Shown: in pieces, positions 24,136 through 38,602 of the stretch | How the letters are laid out: each line of letters opens with the position of its first letter | How positions within the stretch are numbered: the stretch's first letter is position 1 | NCBI GenBank assembly: GCA_963514005.1 | Contig: OY740809.1 | Span: 26,412,001 to 26,476,000 of the forward strand | Direction: 5' to 3' | From: Raja brachyura | Taxonomy: Eukaryota | Length of the DNA stretch: 64,000 bases | Program-made: the position numbers and the translations under genes | Notes under the pieces: generated by a model | Told to the model about the DNA's origin: nothing | What the model saw: the letters and a program-made list of their open reading frames with translations, nothing else | The model's database searches: none

Positions 24136-27100
24136 GAAACTCAACTTGGGTAGTAGTAAACCAAACTAAGTGGAAAGTGTGATTTAGAAAAGAAAAATGT
24201 TTTCAACTTAATTCTGACTACATTAAGGTTTACATTTGGATTTTGTTTATCTATTATAATTTGATTGCACATCAAGTGAATAGGACATTGACCTGAGAAG
24301 CAGGCAAAAGGGTACAACTGATGGAAGAAGAGGATATGAGCTCCTCAGGCACTGGGAAAATGGGTTTCAACCAATTGGAACTGTGGTACAGGGAAGGTGT
24401 GCCTGCTGCTCGAGTAATTGAGAACAACTATAATTATAAAAAGTGGGTAATATCATTCAAGATATTAAAATGAATATGAATGATCAAAGGTAATAACAAG
24501 ATGTTATTAAATGCTCAAACTTCAAAAGACAGAAATCTAAATAAAAGCAGGAAATACTGGAAATGCTCAAGAACTCACGCAACATCTGCATAAAAATAAA
24601 CCAAGGCACCGTTTCAGCTGCTAATTGGAACACTTTGGTCAGACATGTTTTTCTTTCCACTGACGCTGTTTGACACATTGAGTATTTCCAACAATACAGT
24701 ATGAAATTAATAACATCAAAGAGGATTTTTTGAGGAATTCAATGTCACTAATCTTTTAACACATCTGTGTTAAATACTAGAGCTTATATAAAGACTAACA
24801 ATAGACACAAATTGCTGGATAACTCAACGGGCCAGGCAGCATATCTGGAGAAAAAGAATAGGTGATGTTTCATGTTGAGACCTTGTTCTAAAACTACTTC
24901 CATACACTTAAGACATTAAATCATTTTAAATGAAATAAATCCGCCATTCTTTATGACAGTAACATAAAAAATGAAGAAGTTTTACAATAATTGCATTCAT
25001 TTGCTAAATGACTAACCAAATGATCGCACAACGCCATTCTTATTAATCTCTGGTAAAATGTACTTGCATCACAAACAATGAAACTGCAAACACTGTGATC
25101 AGTAAAAAATCATTGCAACTATAAATAAGAAAAAAGCTGGAAATGGAACAAAGCAGGGAACTACAGGCCAACTGTAATTGATAAGCCTATTTAGATCCTT
25201 AATGTGCAGCAATTTGTGAAGAATTTGTGTCTTGATGTAGCCAGTCAGCCAGATTATGCTCAACAAATGTAATTAATTTGTATGACAAATTTGCAGAACT
25301 CAAAAGGAAATACAAAATTGTACACAAGAATTGCAAAAGGTGTTTGAGAAGACACCGTATAAAATACTTTTTACAAACATTAAGGCATGTGGTATTTAAA
25401 GGAATGTAATTACAATCCCTCACAACACTTCAAAATCCTTAAAGCTGATTAAAGTTGAAAATAGCTGCTTAAAGTGGGAAAAGAGCATTTGAAATAGTTT
25501 TGAGACCCTTGATTCTGTGCACTGGGATCATGCCAAAGTCCCACTAAACAGCCGAAGGACCTGCACTTCAGGCACCTCAGGCACTTTCTGCCTTATCTGT
25601 GGAAGAGTCTGCAGTTCCCTCATTGGCCTCATCCATTACCACAGAAACTACAGAAGAAAGCAAGTCCCAATGGACTATCTAAGAAGAAGAATTTAAACAG
25701 TTTGAGAGTTGGCCCGGCACAGAAATTGGGAAATAAATGGAAGGTTACTAGCTTCCTGCCAGTGCTGCAAATACCAAGTGACAAAGAGGCAACTTTAAAA
25801 GGAAGTAAAGGATGCCGGAGAATTTTTGCACATACACATTCTGCGGATGTCCCTTTTGAAAAAAAAGATTTGTTTGCACATTATCTGTGTTTTCCATGAT
25901 TCAGTTTAGAATTAAAAAATATTAACAGCACTAGTATGGCACAGATGGAGGCAGGGTGTGATGATATTACAAAACTGGTCAATGGAAATAAATGCTAAAT
26001 GCAATATTTTTTAATTATAGATATAAATTTCTGAATTCCTCTTTATATGAAAAATATTGTCACTAAGCTCGAGCAAAATAGATTCTAAACCGGATCTAAA
26101 TCTATAGTTATGCACATTCAGGTACCTTGGAAACTGCTTAACTATTTTGTTTCCTACTCAACCAAGTTACAGAAATGATTGTTGATGGTATTATTACAGT
26201 ATTCTTTGAATACAAAAGATAAAGGCCTGTATCATCTATACAACCTGTGTGATTTCAATAGCTTGTGCTTTGGGAGACAGGGCCACAAAATGGAACAATA
26301 AAAACACAGTATTCACCTTCCACACAACATGCATCCCAAACCAACACCCCCACCTCCTCGATTACATCCTGCCAAAAAGTGGTAAAAAATAAAGTGGCTT
26401 CACCTACTAACATTCCATCACGGCTCATAAAAAAGCAATGAAAAGTCGTATGGTGCTTTGGGATTGTCCATAACATTCAATGTAGCAACAAAGAGCAAAT
26501 GTGGTATCTGTTCAAGTCATTGGTAAGGCCATAGTTGTGCCAAATATGGTTTTAGACCCATAATGGGAAGGGAAAAATACTCTGTAAAGAGAATCCTGCA
26601 TTTTACCTCAATGTTTCTTAAAATGGTAACAGTTATGAAAAAAGGCATGAACAATTATTGAATTTTCTACTGGAACACAAAGGGCTAAGACCTAATAGAA
26701 TTTTTATAATTTATGGAAAGTTAGAGTTTAAGTAAAGAAAGATAGTTATCACTGGTTGGTGATGATATGACAGAAGGGCAAGGTTATTAGAAACTTTTAC
26801 CCATATGGTGACTAATGCATCTTTTGAAAGGTGATTTGGTTTCCAGAGATTGGTGACATTCAAAAGGATTTTCATCACTGAATCCCCCACTATATATCCT
26901 GGTGGTAACCATTGCCCAGAAACTAAATATACAATGCAGCTACAAGTGCAGGTTAGAGATTAGGAATCCTGTGGTGAATAACTCACCTTCTAACCCCCAA
27001 AAACGTTTCCACCATCTACAAGGCTTAAGTCAGGAGCGTGATGGAGTACTCTTTACTTGCCTGGATAATTCAACATTATGCAGAACATAGCAGCCAGCTT

Positions 27101-29745
27101 AATAGACATCCCATTCACAACCATTCACTCATTCCACCACCGACACACAGTAGGGACGGTCTGTACCATGTACTGGATGCCTTGCAGCAACTTAGACAGC
27201 ATCTTCCAAACTTATGACCTAGAAGAACTAGGGAAGCAAAAGCACGGGAACACCACTACCTGGAAGTTATCTTCCAAGACACACACCTTCCTGACTGAGA
27301 AACATATTAACATTCCTACACCATTGCTGGATCTGAATACTGGAACTCCCTTGCTAACAGCTTTGAGAATATGCCCACAGCTCAAGAACAGCAGCAGTTC
27401 ACAATGGCAGCTCACCCTTCTCAAGGCAATTTGGAATTAAATGCTGACTGATTGCCTGCCATACCCACACTCATTGAATGAATTCAAACTATAAGTTGCA
27501 CAGCACCATAAGTTGATACCTCATTTAAGAACTTCAATTGTAGGCAAAAAATGTTTCTTAAAAATATTTCTAGCATCTTTTCAGAAACAGTTCTCTGTCC
27601 AAGTGATTGCGAGCTGCACATTTTGCATACTGTTTATAGTATAGGTCAATATGCAGCTTAGTTCACAACATTTGAAAAGCCTTTTGCATTACTATTCCCA
27701 TTCTCAGCTCTTCTCTTCCCCCTGCTCCTTTATTGGGCTACACTCTTCTAGCTCTCACCTTTCCACCACCATTCCCCTCAAGTGTATAGCTCTCTCGCTT
27801 CAGCCTTGCTCTCTGCCAAATACTTCCTGCTGCCCCTCAAATCCAGTGTTAGCAGACTTGTCACCTAGGGTTTGACAGGACAGGTGTTCCTCATTGAGAT
27901 GGCAGGAAATGGAGGGTGGGACCTGGGGACAGGTAGGGGTGCGGGCACAAGGCATTATGTCTGTGGGGCCCCAAATAGAACACATATGTAAATATGTGTC
28001 AGATGTTCTTCAAGTTAGTGATGTGCCTGGCCTCTGAAGCAACCAGGTGGGCCAAATGTGGCCAGCTGATTTTGCAACCCATAGTTTTGGACGACTTATT
28101 GGTACGTAGACAGCAGCCTGGATCATGTGTAACTCACATCCCCTATTTGGACCCTTCATGAAATTCCTTGAAAAACAAACATCTGGAGTTATTCAGTAAT
28201 TGAAGAAAGTATAAAATTATACAAAGTGTTTGAAATTCTAGTAGACTATGAACACTGACATTGGCCCAATGAGCTGAAGGTTATTTACCAGTGTCTTGTG
28301 ATTATATGATCAGAATGTATAGCTTGAAGAAAAAATAAATCATGGTAAGGGTAATTTCATGCACTAGGAAAGGAGCTGAAAGATAACTTTTTTTGTTCTC
28401 CCACAACTGGCCTCATTTTTAGCTTGTTCTCCCTCTCCCAGAAGATAAAATGGTTCTGGGTTGAGGAGAATGGGTAGGTCGTAATGCATGATGTGTGGAA
28501 TGTTGGATAAGCCAGTGGATCATTTCTATTCTCATTTCCATATGCATGTAATTAACCAAACTATAGATTCATGAATTACATCAGAAAACGGAACTTAATA
28601 TATAAATGATATAGAGTGAAACAGTATAAACATACAACTGGGATCAGAATGTCTATGCAGAATAACCACAACCAAGATAAATGGCATAATATACAGAAAT
28701 CCTGATCAAATTGTACATGTAAAATGGATCAGAAATGTTAGGGTGTAATATCGAATGAAAATGTCTATTGTTTTTGAGAGATGTGTGTAAAACCTGCCAT
28801 TAGCAGTTATATGATTATTAAATGGTACATCTGGATTGAATAATCTACAAAATTAATATTCCAATGTCATTATCAAATAAAATAGGTGGATTAAAAATAT
28901 CACAGAAAATTCTGTTCCATTTTGTGTAGATTGAAAAACAATGGAGTTAATATTGGAATATAAAAATATAAGCATTAAATAGTGACATTTACTTAGATAG
29001 TGCACAATTGGCTAAGTATTAAATGGACAGCCAACTTGCTCCAACTGAAGAGGAGGTTCACTCTAATATTAATTTCCACCTTTTCAGTTCACTGGTTGAC
29101 TAATTTACTTTATGTTATTGTCTGCGCTCTGACAGAATTGCTAAATGTTTAAAATAATAATTAACAAATGTGTAAAAGCAGCACACAAAGACATCTTATG
29201 CAGGTACACAAACCAGTTTTCTTGCCAAAAAAATGGGGCATTATTATTGGATAATGGAACCTCGGGTTCCCAGTTGATAATGTCAAAGCAATATTTTGTC
29301 AATTAAACCAGAGGTGCTAATATAATTATAAACATAAACAACCAAGGATCCATTTACTTTGCTTCATACAGATACATGTTTTTTTTATAAAATGAAAAAG
29401 GGAGTAATTAAACAGCCTTTACAGTAATTGTGTGAAATTTCAATCCTTTGGTTAAAATGAACAGTCAATTTGATGTTTGCATTCTCCCTCTGTTGAAACC
29501 GTGGGTATAAATGGTGTATTTCTGAGACTTGGCTTTAAAGGGTGGCCCACCACAAGCAGACAACAGGCCATGCAACTCCTCATAGAGGAAATCAATGTGT
29601 CCTGAACAGATCTAATACCACAACACATCAATTAAATTGCTGTCAACTCATTTCTACTTATGTCAATAAAGGTCCTTTACTGGAAAGGAAATTTATTTCA
29701 ACCCCAAGGACTGATAAAGATTATCCTTTCTTCAGGATAGATTTT

Positions 29746-29875
29746 TTACTGATCATTTGTGATCACTTGTTCCTGTGTATTCCTGCGTATTACAGGTAGT
29801 GGATGGGCTTCTGTGTTAAACACCCAATGTTCTGGAGACAGCAATTCATCTTCAGAGAATAGCACGTAAAGGTAC
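29746..29875 (-). CDS. MAN1C1: MAN1C1-like terminal coding exon (FNTEAHP motif; not in ORF track)
   Basis: actag|[45 protein letters not shown]; 130 bp coding. Confidence 0.9.
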
Positions 29876-30174
29876 CTAGTTTTAGGAGGGAAATAAAGAG
29901 AAGGGTTAATTTTCAACCAGAAATATTTGTAAATGCTCTACTCTTTGACATAATCATATTATTTCCACATTGCCATTATCTGAGTGGAAATGCAATTTAA
30001 ACATTATGAGAGGGTTTCCAAAAAAATGATTTTCAATCGTTTGAATTTCACGGTATCTATGTGAGAGTATCTGTTTGTCTTTGAGTGCATGTGCCTTTCA
30101 ATGCCACATTAATAAATAGTTTTCAGAGCCTAAAAAGTATCCCTGTAGGGGGCAGATTAGGGTTGTCATTTTAT

Positions 30175-31108
30175 GGTTTTCATGGTATTCATTTTCATTG
30201 TTATGCTGATGATACACAGCTTTATGTGTCCACCAAGCCCACTTTTACTGTCCCCTCCAGTACTCTCACTGCCTGTCTCCAAGATATATAGATATGGATA
30301 ACAAACAACTACCTAAAGGTCAACAGTAGTAAAACTGAGCTACTCCTCATTGGCTCTAAATCTACACTCTCAAAAACCAATATCTGTTCACTCCCCATCG
30401 CTGGAGCCGTCATACCAGTCTCCACACAGGTTAAGAGCCTTGGTGTTATCTTGGACAGTACCCTTTCTTTCTCCAGTCATATAAACAATGTCTCCCGGAT
30501 TGACTTTTTCCATCTATGAAACATATCTAGACCAATGCTTTGGTCACATCACGCATTGACTACTGCAATGCGATCCTGCAGGTATCCCCAACAAACTTAT
30601 TCATCGACTTCAACTCATCCAGAACTCTGCAGCACGGATTATCACACGCTCAAAGTCCACTGATCATGTCACACCCCTGCTGATTCAATTACACTAGCTC
30701 CCTGTGTCACAAAGGATTAACTTTAAAATGGTATTATTAACATTTAAAGTGCTTCATAACCTTTCCCCAGTTTATTTCACAGACCTCCTTGAGACTTCAC
30801 CCCCTCCCGCTCCCTGCGGTCTTCATCAGCAGGTCTACTGGCACTACCGCCCATCAACCTCAGCACGATGGGTGCCAGGGCCTTCTCCCACGCTGCACCT
30901 AAACTCCATGACAGAATTCAAAACCGCTTTTAAAACCCATATTTTTAAACTAGCTTACTCATTTTAACTGCAACAACTGCATCTTATTTTATATCAATCT
31001 TAACTCGTACTATGCTTTGTTGCTTATTGTATGTTTATTAGATATTATGTGATGTAAGGTGACCTTGAGTGTCTTGAAAGGCGCCATTAATAAAATGTAT
31101 TATTATTC
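30175..31108 (+). mobile_element. L2-clade LINE 3' fragment in the last mannosidase intron
   Basis: FHCYADDTQLYVS RT motif; QRINFKMVLLTFKVLHNLSP; tail cttgagtgtcttgaaaggcgcc-aataaaatg(tat)n. Confidence 0.85.
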
Positions 31109-31929
31109 TTTATATATATTCAATACTTGTTTTAGTGAAGAGCTGCTTATATGTTCAAAATGAGGACCCATACAGCTTTTACTAATTTTACATTTCACAT
31201 AGAAACACACATCTGGATCAGGACCTGGCTTGTATTCCATCCTTATACAATGCCAATAGTTTGGGCTAGTTGCAGTTAGTCTGTCAATCTAGGCAGCTGT
31301 CAATTACAAATTCAATGCACATTTTTATGTGGTGATCATTTTTGCATTGTTTGTTATGCAGCAGTTTTCTCATAATGAATGAAAATCGATAAGGTCGTGC
31401 CAATTTTTTGGGTGCTATAAGATCCATTAAAGTTCCAAGAAAATATCAGCACATGCACTTTTGATCCAAAGTGTACCAAACTATGTAAAAAGAGCGACTA
31501 CTCAAAGTCTACTTGCTGGTTTACCACTGCTGACTGTTTGTTGAGTCTAAATGAAGTTATTTGGAATGTAATAAAATGCTTCACTGCTGTCCGGGACGTT
31601 TGCACAATCAGCTCTCCCCATACATGGGTGCACTGGTATACATTCTTCCAGGTACTGAGATTGACGGAGAAAGAACAGAAGCTATGCAGGGCATAGCATC
31701 TGCTATTATACAAGATTTTTTCTCAGGTCCTAATTTCACTGAAATGATCTTACAGCAGAAAGTCAAAACAATGCACTCCAAGCACCATCAAGACAGAGAC
31801 TACCAAATAGACAGAGGTTTGAAGGATGTTCTTAAAGCCTCCTTGATGAAGAATAACATCCCATGAATTGTTACATGGTGTTCTAAGCAGTTTATTCAAA
31901 TGTATCAGTAGAAATCGTTTTGAAACCTA

Positions 31930-32055
<126 letters not shown>

Positions 32056-32107
32056 TTAAAAATAGAGACTAAATTTATCCTGTTAAATCATGCAGTTAGG
32101 GTGTTTA

Positions 32108-32389
<282 letters not shown>

Positions 32390-32919
32390 TCAAAAAAATT
32401 ACAACATTAAAATAATATTGCTTAAATGAGTATGTAATTTCACTTCAGAATTAGAATCACTGACCGACCAGGATTTCTCACCCCATCTCATCCTCTCCAG
32501 ATTGATTCATTTCTAACAGCTTCCTTGACTTAACGAACTCAATCCTTTCATTTACGCACTCTAAACTATCTTCCTCTGAATTTGCACACTTCATGCACTA
32601 AGGACCAATCCCAACAATGTTATCAAATCTGGTCTTATTATTATTGTATACCACAATTATCCCTACCATCTGAGAGATGAATCCCAGCACACTGACCCAC
32701 CTTATAACACTTCTGGATCACACTCCTATCCCTGAATACCAGGTTCCAAGACAACACTGACCTTATTTCACCAAGATGTTCCCTCGAAGCATCCAGCCTC
32801 CTAGATCCTTAACGTGCACAACCTGCTTTAACACCTTCCCCAAATCAGAACACATAGTTTCAGCCTGTTTTTGTCTCAAGGTGAATACGAGAATATGATT
32901 GGAACTGCAGCACGAGGCT

Positions 32920-33375
32920 TGCATTAGTGTTGAATGAGCCTAATCTGAAGAGTATTTCATGGAAGCCATGGGATTAAGGCATAGTTGTGATGCCTTAGAC
33001 CACATATGAATTATTAAAGAGGTATTCGTGGTTTTCAAGCACATTAAGGTGGAAAAAATCTCCAGGGCCTGACGGAGTGCATCCTCAGACCTCTTGGGAT
33101 GTTTGGGAGGAAATTGAGGCGGCCTTTGCAAGGATATTTCCATCATCTTTAGCCACAAGTGAAGTTCCAGATGACTGGAGAGCAGCTAACGTTGTATTAT
33201 TGTATAAAAAGAGCAACAAGGACAAGCCTGGGAACTATAGGCCAATGAGCCTGATGCCAGTGGTGGAAAGGCTGTAGAAGGGATTCTCAGGGACAGGATC
33301 ACAAGCATTTGGTAAGGCAGGGACTGATTAGGAATAGTCAGGATGGCTTTGTGCATGGGAAATCAGTCTCGGAAA
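32920..33375 (+). mobile_element. CR1 LINE internal ORF2 fragment
   Basis: EVPDDWRAANVVLLYKKSNKDKPGNYRPMSL. Confidence 0.85.
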
Positions 33376-34024
33376 TGTAATACTACCACTAACCTTCAAG
33401 GCATTGTACGCTTTTTCTTACCATTCTTACCCTTAAATCCATTTTCACTTGACTTTTGCCAACTCTGGTCTCATATCATTGTAATTCCCTTTATTTATAT
33501 ATTAAAGGCCAAATTTAGTCGTAGACTTTTCATCCCGAAATTTGAAATTCTACCATGGCAATCATTGCTTCCAAGAGTATCCTTGTGAATTAATTAATTA
33601 TTCAGTCTTATTATAAAATACTAAAATAGCCTGTTACCTGTTTGTTTTTTCAACCCATTGCACTAACAAAACATTCTAAAAAACTGTATAAAATATTCCG
33701 GGAACTCGACCTCAATGCTACCGTTGCAATTTGATTTGTCCAAAGATGACTAGAATCGCCCATAATTATTGCAGTACTGTCTTACAAACCCTCAATATTT
33801 CTCGATTAATGTTTTGTCATAGTATAACCACTGTTAGGGGGTCAATATATTGCTCCTACCCATAATTTCCAACCCTTATTAACACTTATCTACACCCACA
33901 CCTATCCATACCTTGAGTTTCTGAACGAGAATCATTCCTCACCATCACACTGATCTCACTCGTTATTTACAGATTAACCCCACCTTCTTTTTTATTTCTG
34001 TTTATCCTTCTAAAATATCAAATA

Positions 34025-34892
34025 CAGTAAACTTTTGTTATGACGGACCATGAGTGAGTGAGTTATTATCATTGTATATAGTTGAATTGAAGAACTGCAG
34101 ATGGTGGTTACTACACAAATGGACACAAAGTGCTGAGTAACTCAGTGGGTCAGGCAGCATAGCTGGAGAACATCGAGAGGTGACGTTTCGTGTAGGGATA
34201 CCTCTCCAGACTAATTTAGTAAGCTGAATTACTCCAGGACTTTGTGTCGTTTCACCTTAAAACTAGGCACTGATGCTGCTGCTCTGTGCCAGTGAGCTCT
34301 TATTCATCGGTTGATATGGCTGTCGGTGCAGGTCATATTGTAGTCCCTGGGGACAGCACTTTCTTCACCTACAAGAAGTGCTCAGTATCTGCGGTGCATT
34401 CCCCCTCCCCCTCCCCTGCTGCCACTTCCAAAGTGGAGCATGTTTTCGACTCCGGGGGAGGAGGGCGGACGAAGCGGTGGGGGGGGGGGGGGGGGGGGGG
34501 GGGAGGGGGTGAAAAGAGGCCGAGTGGACTGAGTGATGGGAGGAGGAGACGGCGACGGTCGAGTGGGGAGTGGATTGAGCGATGGGTTGAAAGGAAGCAG
34601 CAGCAAGTGGGAGTGGAGGGAGCCCTACAGTGACCGAGCGCACCCTGTCAGTGGCAGCGGCCTGAATAAAATGCTGTCCCAGGTGGCTACAATGTGAGCC
34701 ACAACAACCGTGTCACCAGAACGTATGAGGGGTGAAGAAGGCCTTGCTTGCGTACCTTGGGAATCGGGGATAAAGTCGGAAGCCAGGGCTCTAAATGGCT
34801 GGAGAGACGGTGTGAACTGCTGTTGGTTCAGCTGGTCAGTCCGCTATATCCAAAATCCATATGAAGAGGTCCGTTAAAACAAAGGTTTACTC
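34025..34892. mobile_element. Tc1/mariner (Tigger/pogo-like) non-autonomous element with nested Penelope-like fragment
   Basis: TA-CAGTAAACTTTTGTTATGACGGACC ... GGTCCGTTAAAACAAAGGTTTACTC-TA. Confidence 0.7.
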
Positions 34893-35154
34893 TACGCTGA
34901 ATATTTAGTTCCCATCATTAATCATTTTCCCATCACGCAGATTACAGGTCCGATTACAGTTATTTGGTTTTGTGACGGATAAAAATGATCTACTACTGCA
35001 GTATATAGGCTCTGTGCAATATAATAAATGCAATCGCGAGAAGCACAAAAAGGAATTTTCTATAAACATAATGATTTATTTGTGAAGAAAAACCTTTATT
35101 CATTTTCTGACTGGTATCATCTGTTGTTAAATACCAATACATTTATTACCCTGT

Positions 35155-35360
35155 GTAAGAAAGAACTGCAGATGCTGGTTTAAATCGAAGGTAGACGCAA
35201 AATGCTGGAGTAACTCAGCAGGTGAGGCAGCATCTCTGGAGAAAAGGAATGGCCAACGTTTCGGTTCGAGACTGAAGAAGGGTCTCGACGCAAAACGAGT
35301 TGGAAGAAGGGTCTCGAACCGAAACATCGCCCATTGCTTTTCTCCAGAGATGCCTCACCC
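35155..35360. mobile_element. Penelope-like terminal repeat foldback with tandem hammerhead-like cores
   Basis: Arms 35221-35272 and 35311-35359; centre CTGAAGAAGGGTCTCGACGCAAAAC...GAAGAAGGGTCTCGAACCGAAAC. Confidence 0.75.
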
Positions 35361-35379
35361 AAGTTTATTACCCTATTCA

Positions 35380-35649
<270 letters not shown>

Positions 35650-37989
35650 TTAATAGTTAATGCTGAATTACCTGCCATTCAAATGAATACATCTGGCATT
35701 ACATGGTTGCAATGATTATATATCAAGCTTTTGAGCTCAAGTTCTTCTAAATGGCTGTTACAGAGTAACTACTTTTTGTAGCAACTAAAGGGTGCAATAG
35801 GAAATAAAGATGTAACCAAATGTAACATTATTATAATTGTTGTAAGGAACGAAACATAGTACCAAGCTATATCATATTTAAAGTAACGAATACCGCAACA
35901 AATCCTTTGAAATTGTATTTTTTATTAACAAGGTTAATAATAACTAGATTATTTCTGGAGGCAGCAGTATAAAGGAATAAGAATGTACATGTAAATAGAG
36001 TCAGAGCAAGAAGAAATTACAAGATACAATTTAAAATAAACAAAGGAGAAACAGAAAAGGCAATTCATTCTAGATTAATGTCAGTGAAAACGGAAATGAA
36101 ATAGCTTAATCTGCTTCATGTTTGTAAATGCATGGACTGTGATGAATAAGGCCAGTGAACTGAGGCACAGATAACTGCACGGGAATATGATGTGGTGGCG
36201 ATAACATAAACTTGCTTCAAAACTGGCAGGACCAAGGTATTAGATATTTTTGTACAGTTTACTGGAAAGACAGGAAAGAGAAGAGGACAAGTAGCAGCGA
36301 TGAGTAGAGGGAATATTTCAATGTTGGACAGAGAGGATTTGTTTGATTAGACCCAGAAACAGTAGAAAGAACACCGTATTCCAAGAGCATTCCACAGGTA
36401 ACCAATGAGTGGGAGCTACATGTAGGTGAAAATGTTCAGGAAGATAAAGAAAATTGTTGGATAATTGGGATGGAATTCTTTAATTATCCCAATGTAAACT
36501 GCAATGGTACATGTTCTGGGTGGAGAAGGTGAAGAATTTATAAAGTATGACAAGAGTAATTTTCTAGAAGGATCAATCCAAAATGAAAAGTAAAATTGGA
36601 AGAATATCAATTTGAATAGATTGATATGGCTCAGGTAAGATGGAGTCAAATGTTTTTCAGGTAAACCTGTAACAGAACAATGTGCCACCTTTATCGAACA
36701 GATAGTTCAGACACATTTACATGAGCTAAAGGGAGAACAAACAAGTCCAGAATTCCCTGGATAACAAAAGATGGCAGAGGATGAGACCAAATAAGTCTCT
36801 GTATGACAAGTATGGGGTTGTATGTACCAGCATAAAACGTATAAGTTAAGGTAAACCAGCAGAATCTGTTAAGGGTTAGTCATGATTTGACAGCAATTTT
36901 ATTGCAATTTTTGATGAGGTAGCAGATGAGAGTTAATAATGATAATACAGTCAGTGTGGAGGGTATGGATTTCAAGGAAGCTTTTGATAAACAAGATTTT
37001 CACAAAGTTGAAGCACAAGGCATTAAAGCAGTACTCATAGCATGGATACGATAAGTAACCAAATTCTTTTAGTGTATATCAATGACTCAAGAATTTAAAG
37101 CTCTCCTAGTAGGACCATCTCTTTGTTTTCACTATTTTTCTATTTTCCTATTTGCTGATAGTAATACTGATTGGGTGTACTTCAGTATTTAGTACGTTGG
37201 TTTACTACACTGTGATGTCTTGCTCAGTTCCCCATCATCTGCGCGGTAAGACATTTTATTCTTTCCATCTATATAGAGCATGACCTCCAGCAATGCCACC
37301 TTCCCCTCAAAATATCCTGGAGGAACAATGTGGCATCTTAGACTCCATCACCTAGGAGACCACATCTCATTGTGAAAGAATGTCCAAGATAACAGAAATG
37401 CCTATTTGCTCCTCTAACTACTCCATCCCCGGTCCCATTCAACAGATTTTGACAGATTTGACACAGATTTTGCGTTGATCGTATTCCTACGAGGAATCAA
37501 AGTCTTCGCCAGTAATCAGAGTTGAATGCCCAGTAAAGCGTATGAAACACTAATGGGCTTCCTACATGATCTACCATTCTCCAGACTACTTAGTGATCCT
37601 TTTTTGCCAGCAGATTATTTTGATGTAGAGGGACTTATATTACTTGTATAACAATTAGCCTCTTTGATATAGTAAGTGCTGCTCAATGTCTAAAATCTGA
37701 ACTCTGAATTATTTCAGTTGATGCTACCTTCTGAATGTGTGGTTCTACAGGAACATCCCAGATTCCCCCATGTGTCCTCAATGGAACAAGATCTCTTCCA
37801 TGTGCACAATTCCCCATTAAAAAAAAAAATCCAACACTCTCTCAGCTCCATATTTAACAGATCTATTTAAATATTAATTTAGTTATTTTCTTCATCATTT
37901 AGCTCTATCTGTATATATTTTTAATACTGAGCAATAACTTAGTAAGAGGAATATCCATGATGTGTGTGTGTATATATATATATAGAAAG

Positions 37990-38600
37990 TAGCAGGACAG
38001 GCAGCATCTCTGGAGAGAAGGAATGAGCAACGTTTCAGGTCAAGACCCTTCCTCAGACTGATGTCAGGGGAGGGGGCGGAACAAAGATAGAATGTAGTCG
38101 GAGACAGTAAGACTGGTGGAAGAACTGGGAAGGGGGAGGGGATGGGGAGAGAGGGAAAGCAAGGACTATTTGAAGGAACAGCGGATACAATAAATGAGGT
38201 AGGAGGAGGTGCAAGCGAACCTCTACCTCATCTGGAAAGATTGTGGGGTTCCTTGCATGGAGTCGAGGGGGGGGGGGGGGGGGTAAGGGACAGGTGTTGC
38301 ATCTCCTGCGGTTGCAGGGGAAAGTACTCAGGGAGGGGGTGGTTTGGATGGGAAGGGATGTGTTGACCAGGGAGATGCGGAGGGAATGGTCTCTGCTGAA
38401 AGCAGAAAGGGGTGGAAATGGGAAGATGTGGCCAGTAGTTGGATCTCGTTGGAGGTGGTGAAAGTGTTAGACGATTATATGCTGTATGTGACAGCTGATG
38501 GGGTGGTAGGTGAGGACAAGGGGGGCTTTGTCCTTGTTGCGAATAGGGGGAGGGGGGAGCAAGAGCGGAGCTGCGGGATATCAAAGAAACCCTTGTGAGA
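37990..38600 (-). mobile_element. Penelope-like element (Neptune-type) 3' fragment: Cys-rich linker, GIY-YIG start and terminal repeat
   Basis: Manual minus-strand translation TFPCNRRRCNTC and RFACTSSYLIYCIRCS, contiguous with a terminus carrying CTGAGGA-AGGGTC-TT-GACCT-GAAACGTT. Confidence 0.8.
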
Positions 38601-38602
38601 GC

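Noticed and set aside
26880-27480. 120-aa ORF as a third gene between the two loci
   Set aside because: Looks like a decayed LINE fragment on the minus strand; no splice structure or recognisable domain.
34479-34510. Long poly-G run (also about 51188-51222, and poly-C at about 52812-52839) as regulatory G-quadruplex
   Set aside because: These lie within transposon copies and homopolymer lengths are unreliable; no independent evidence of function.
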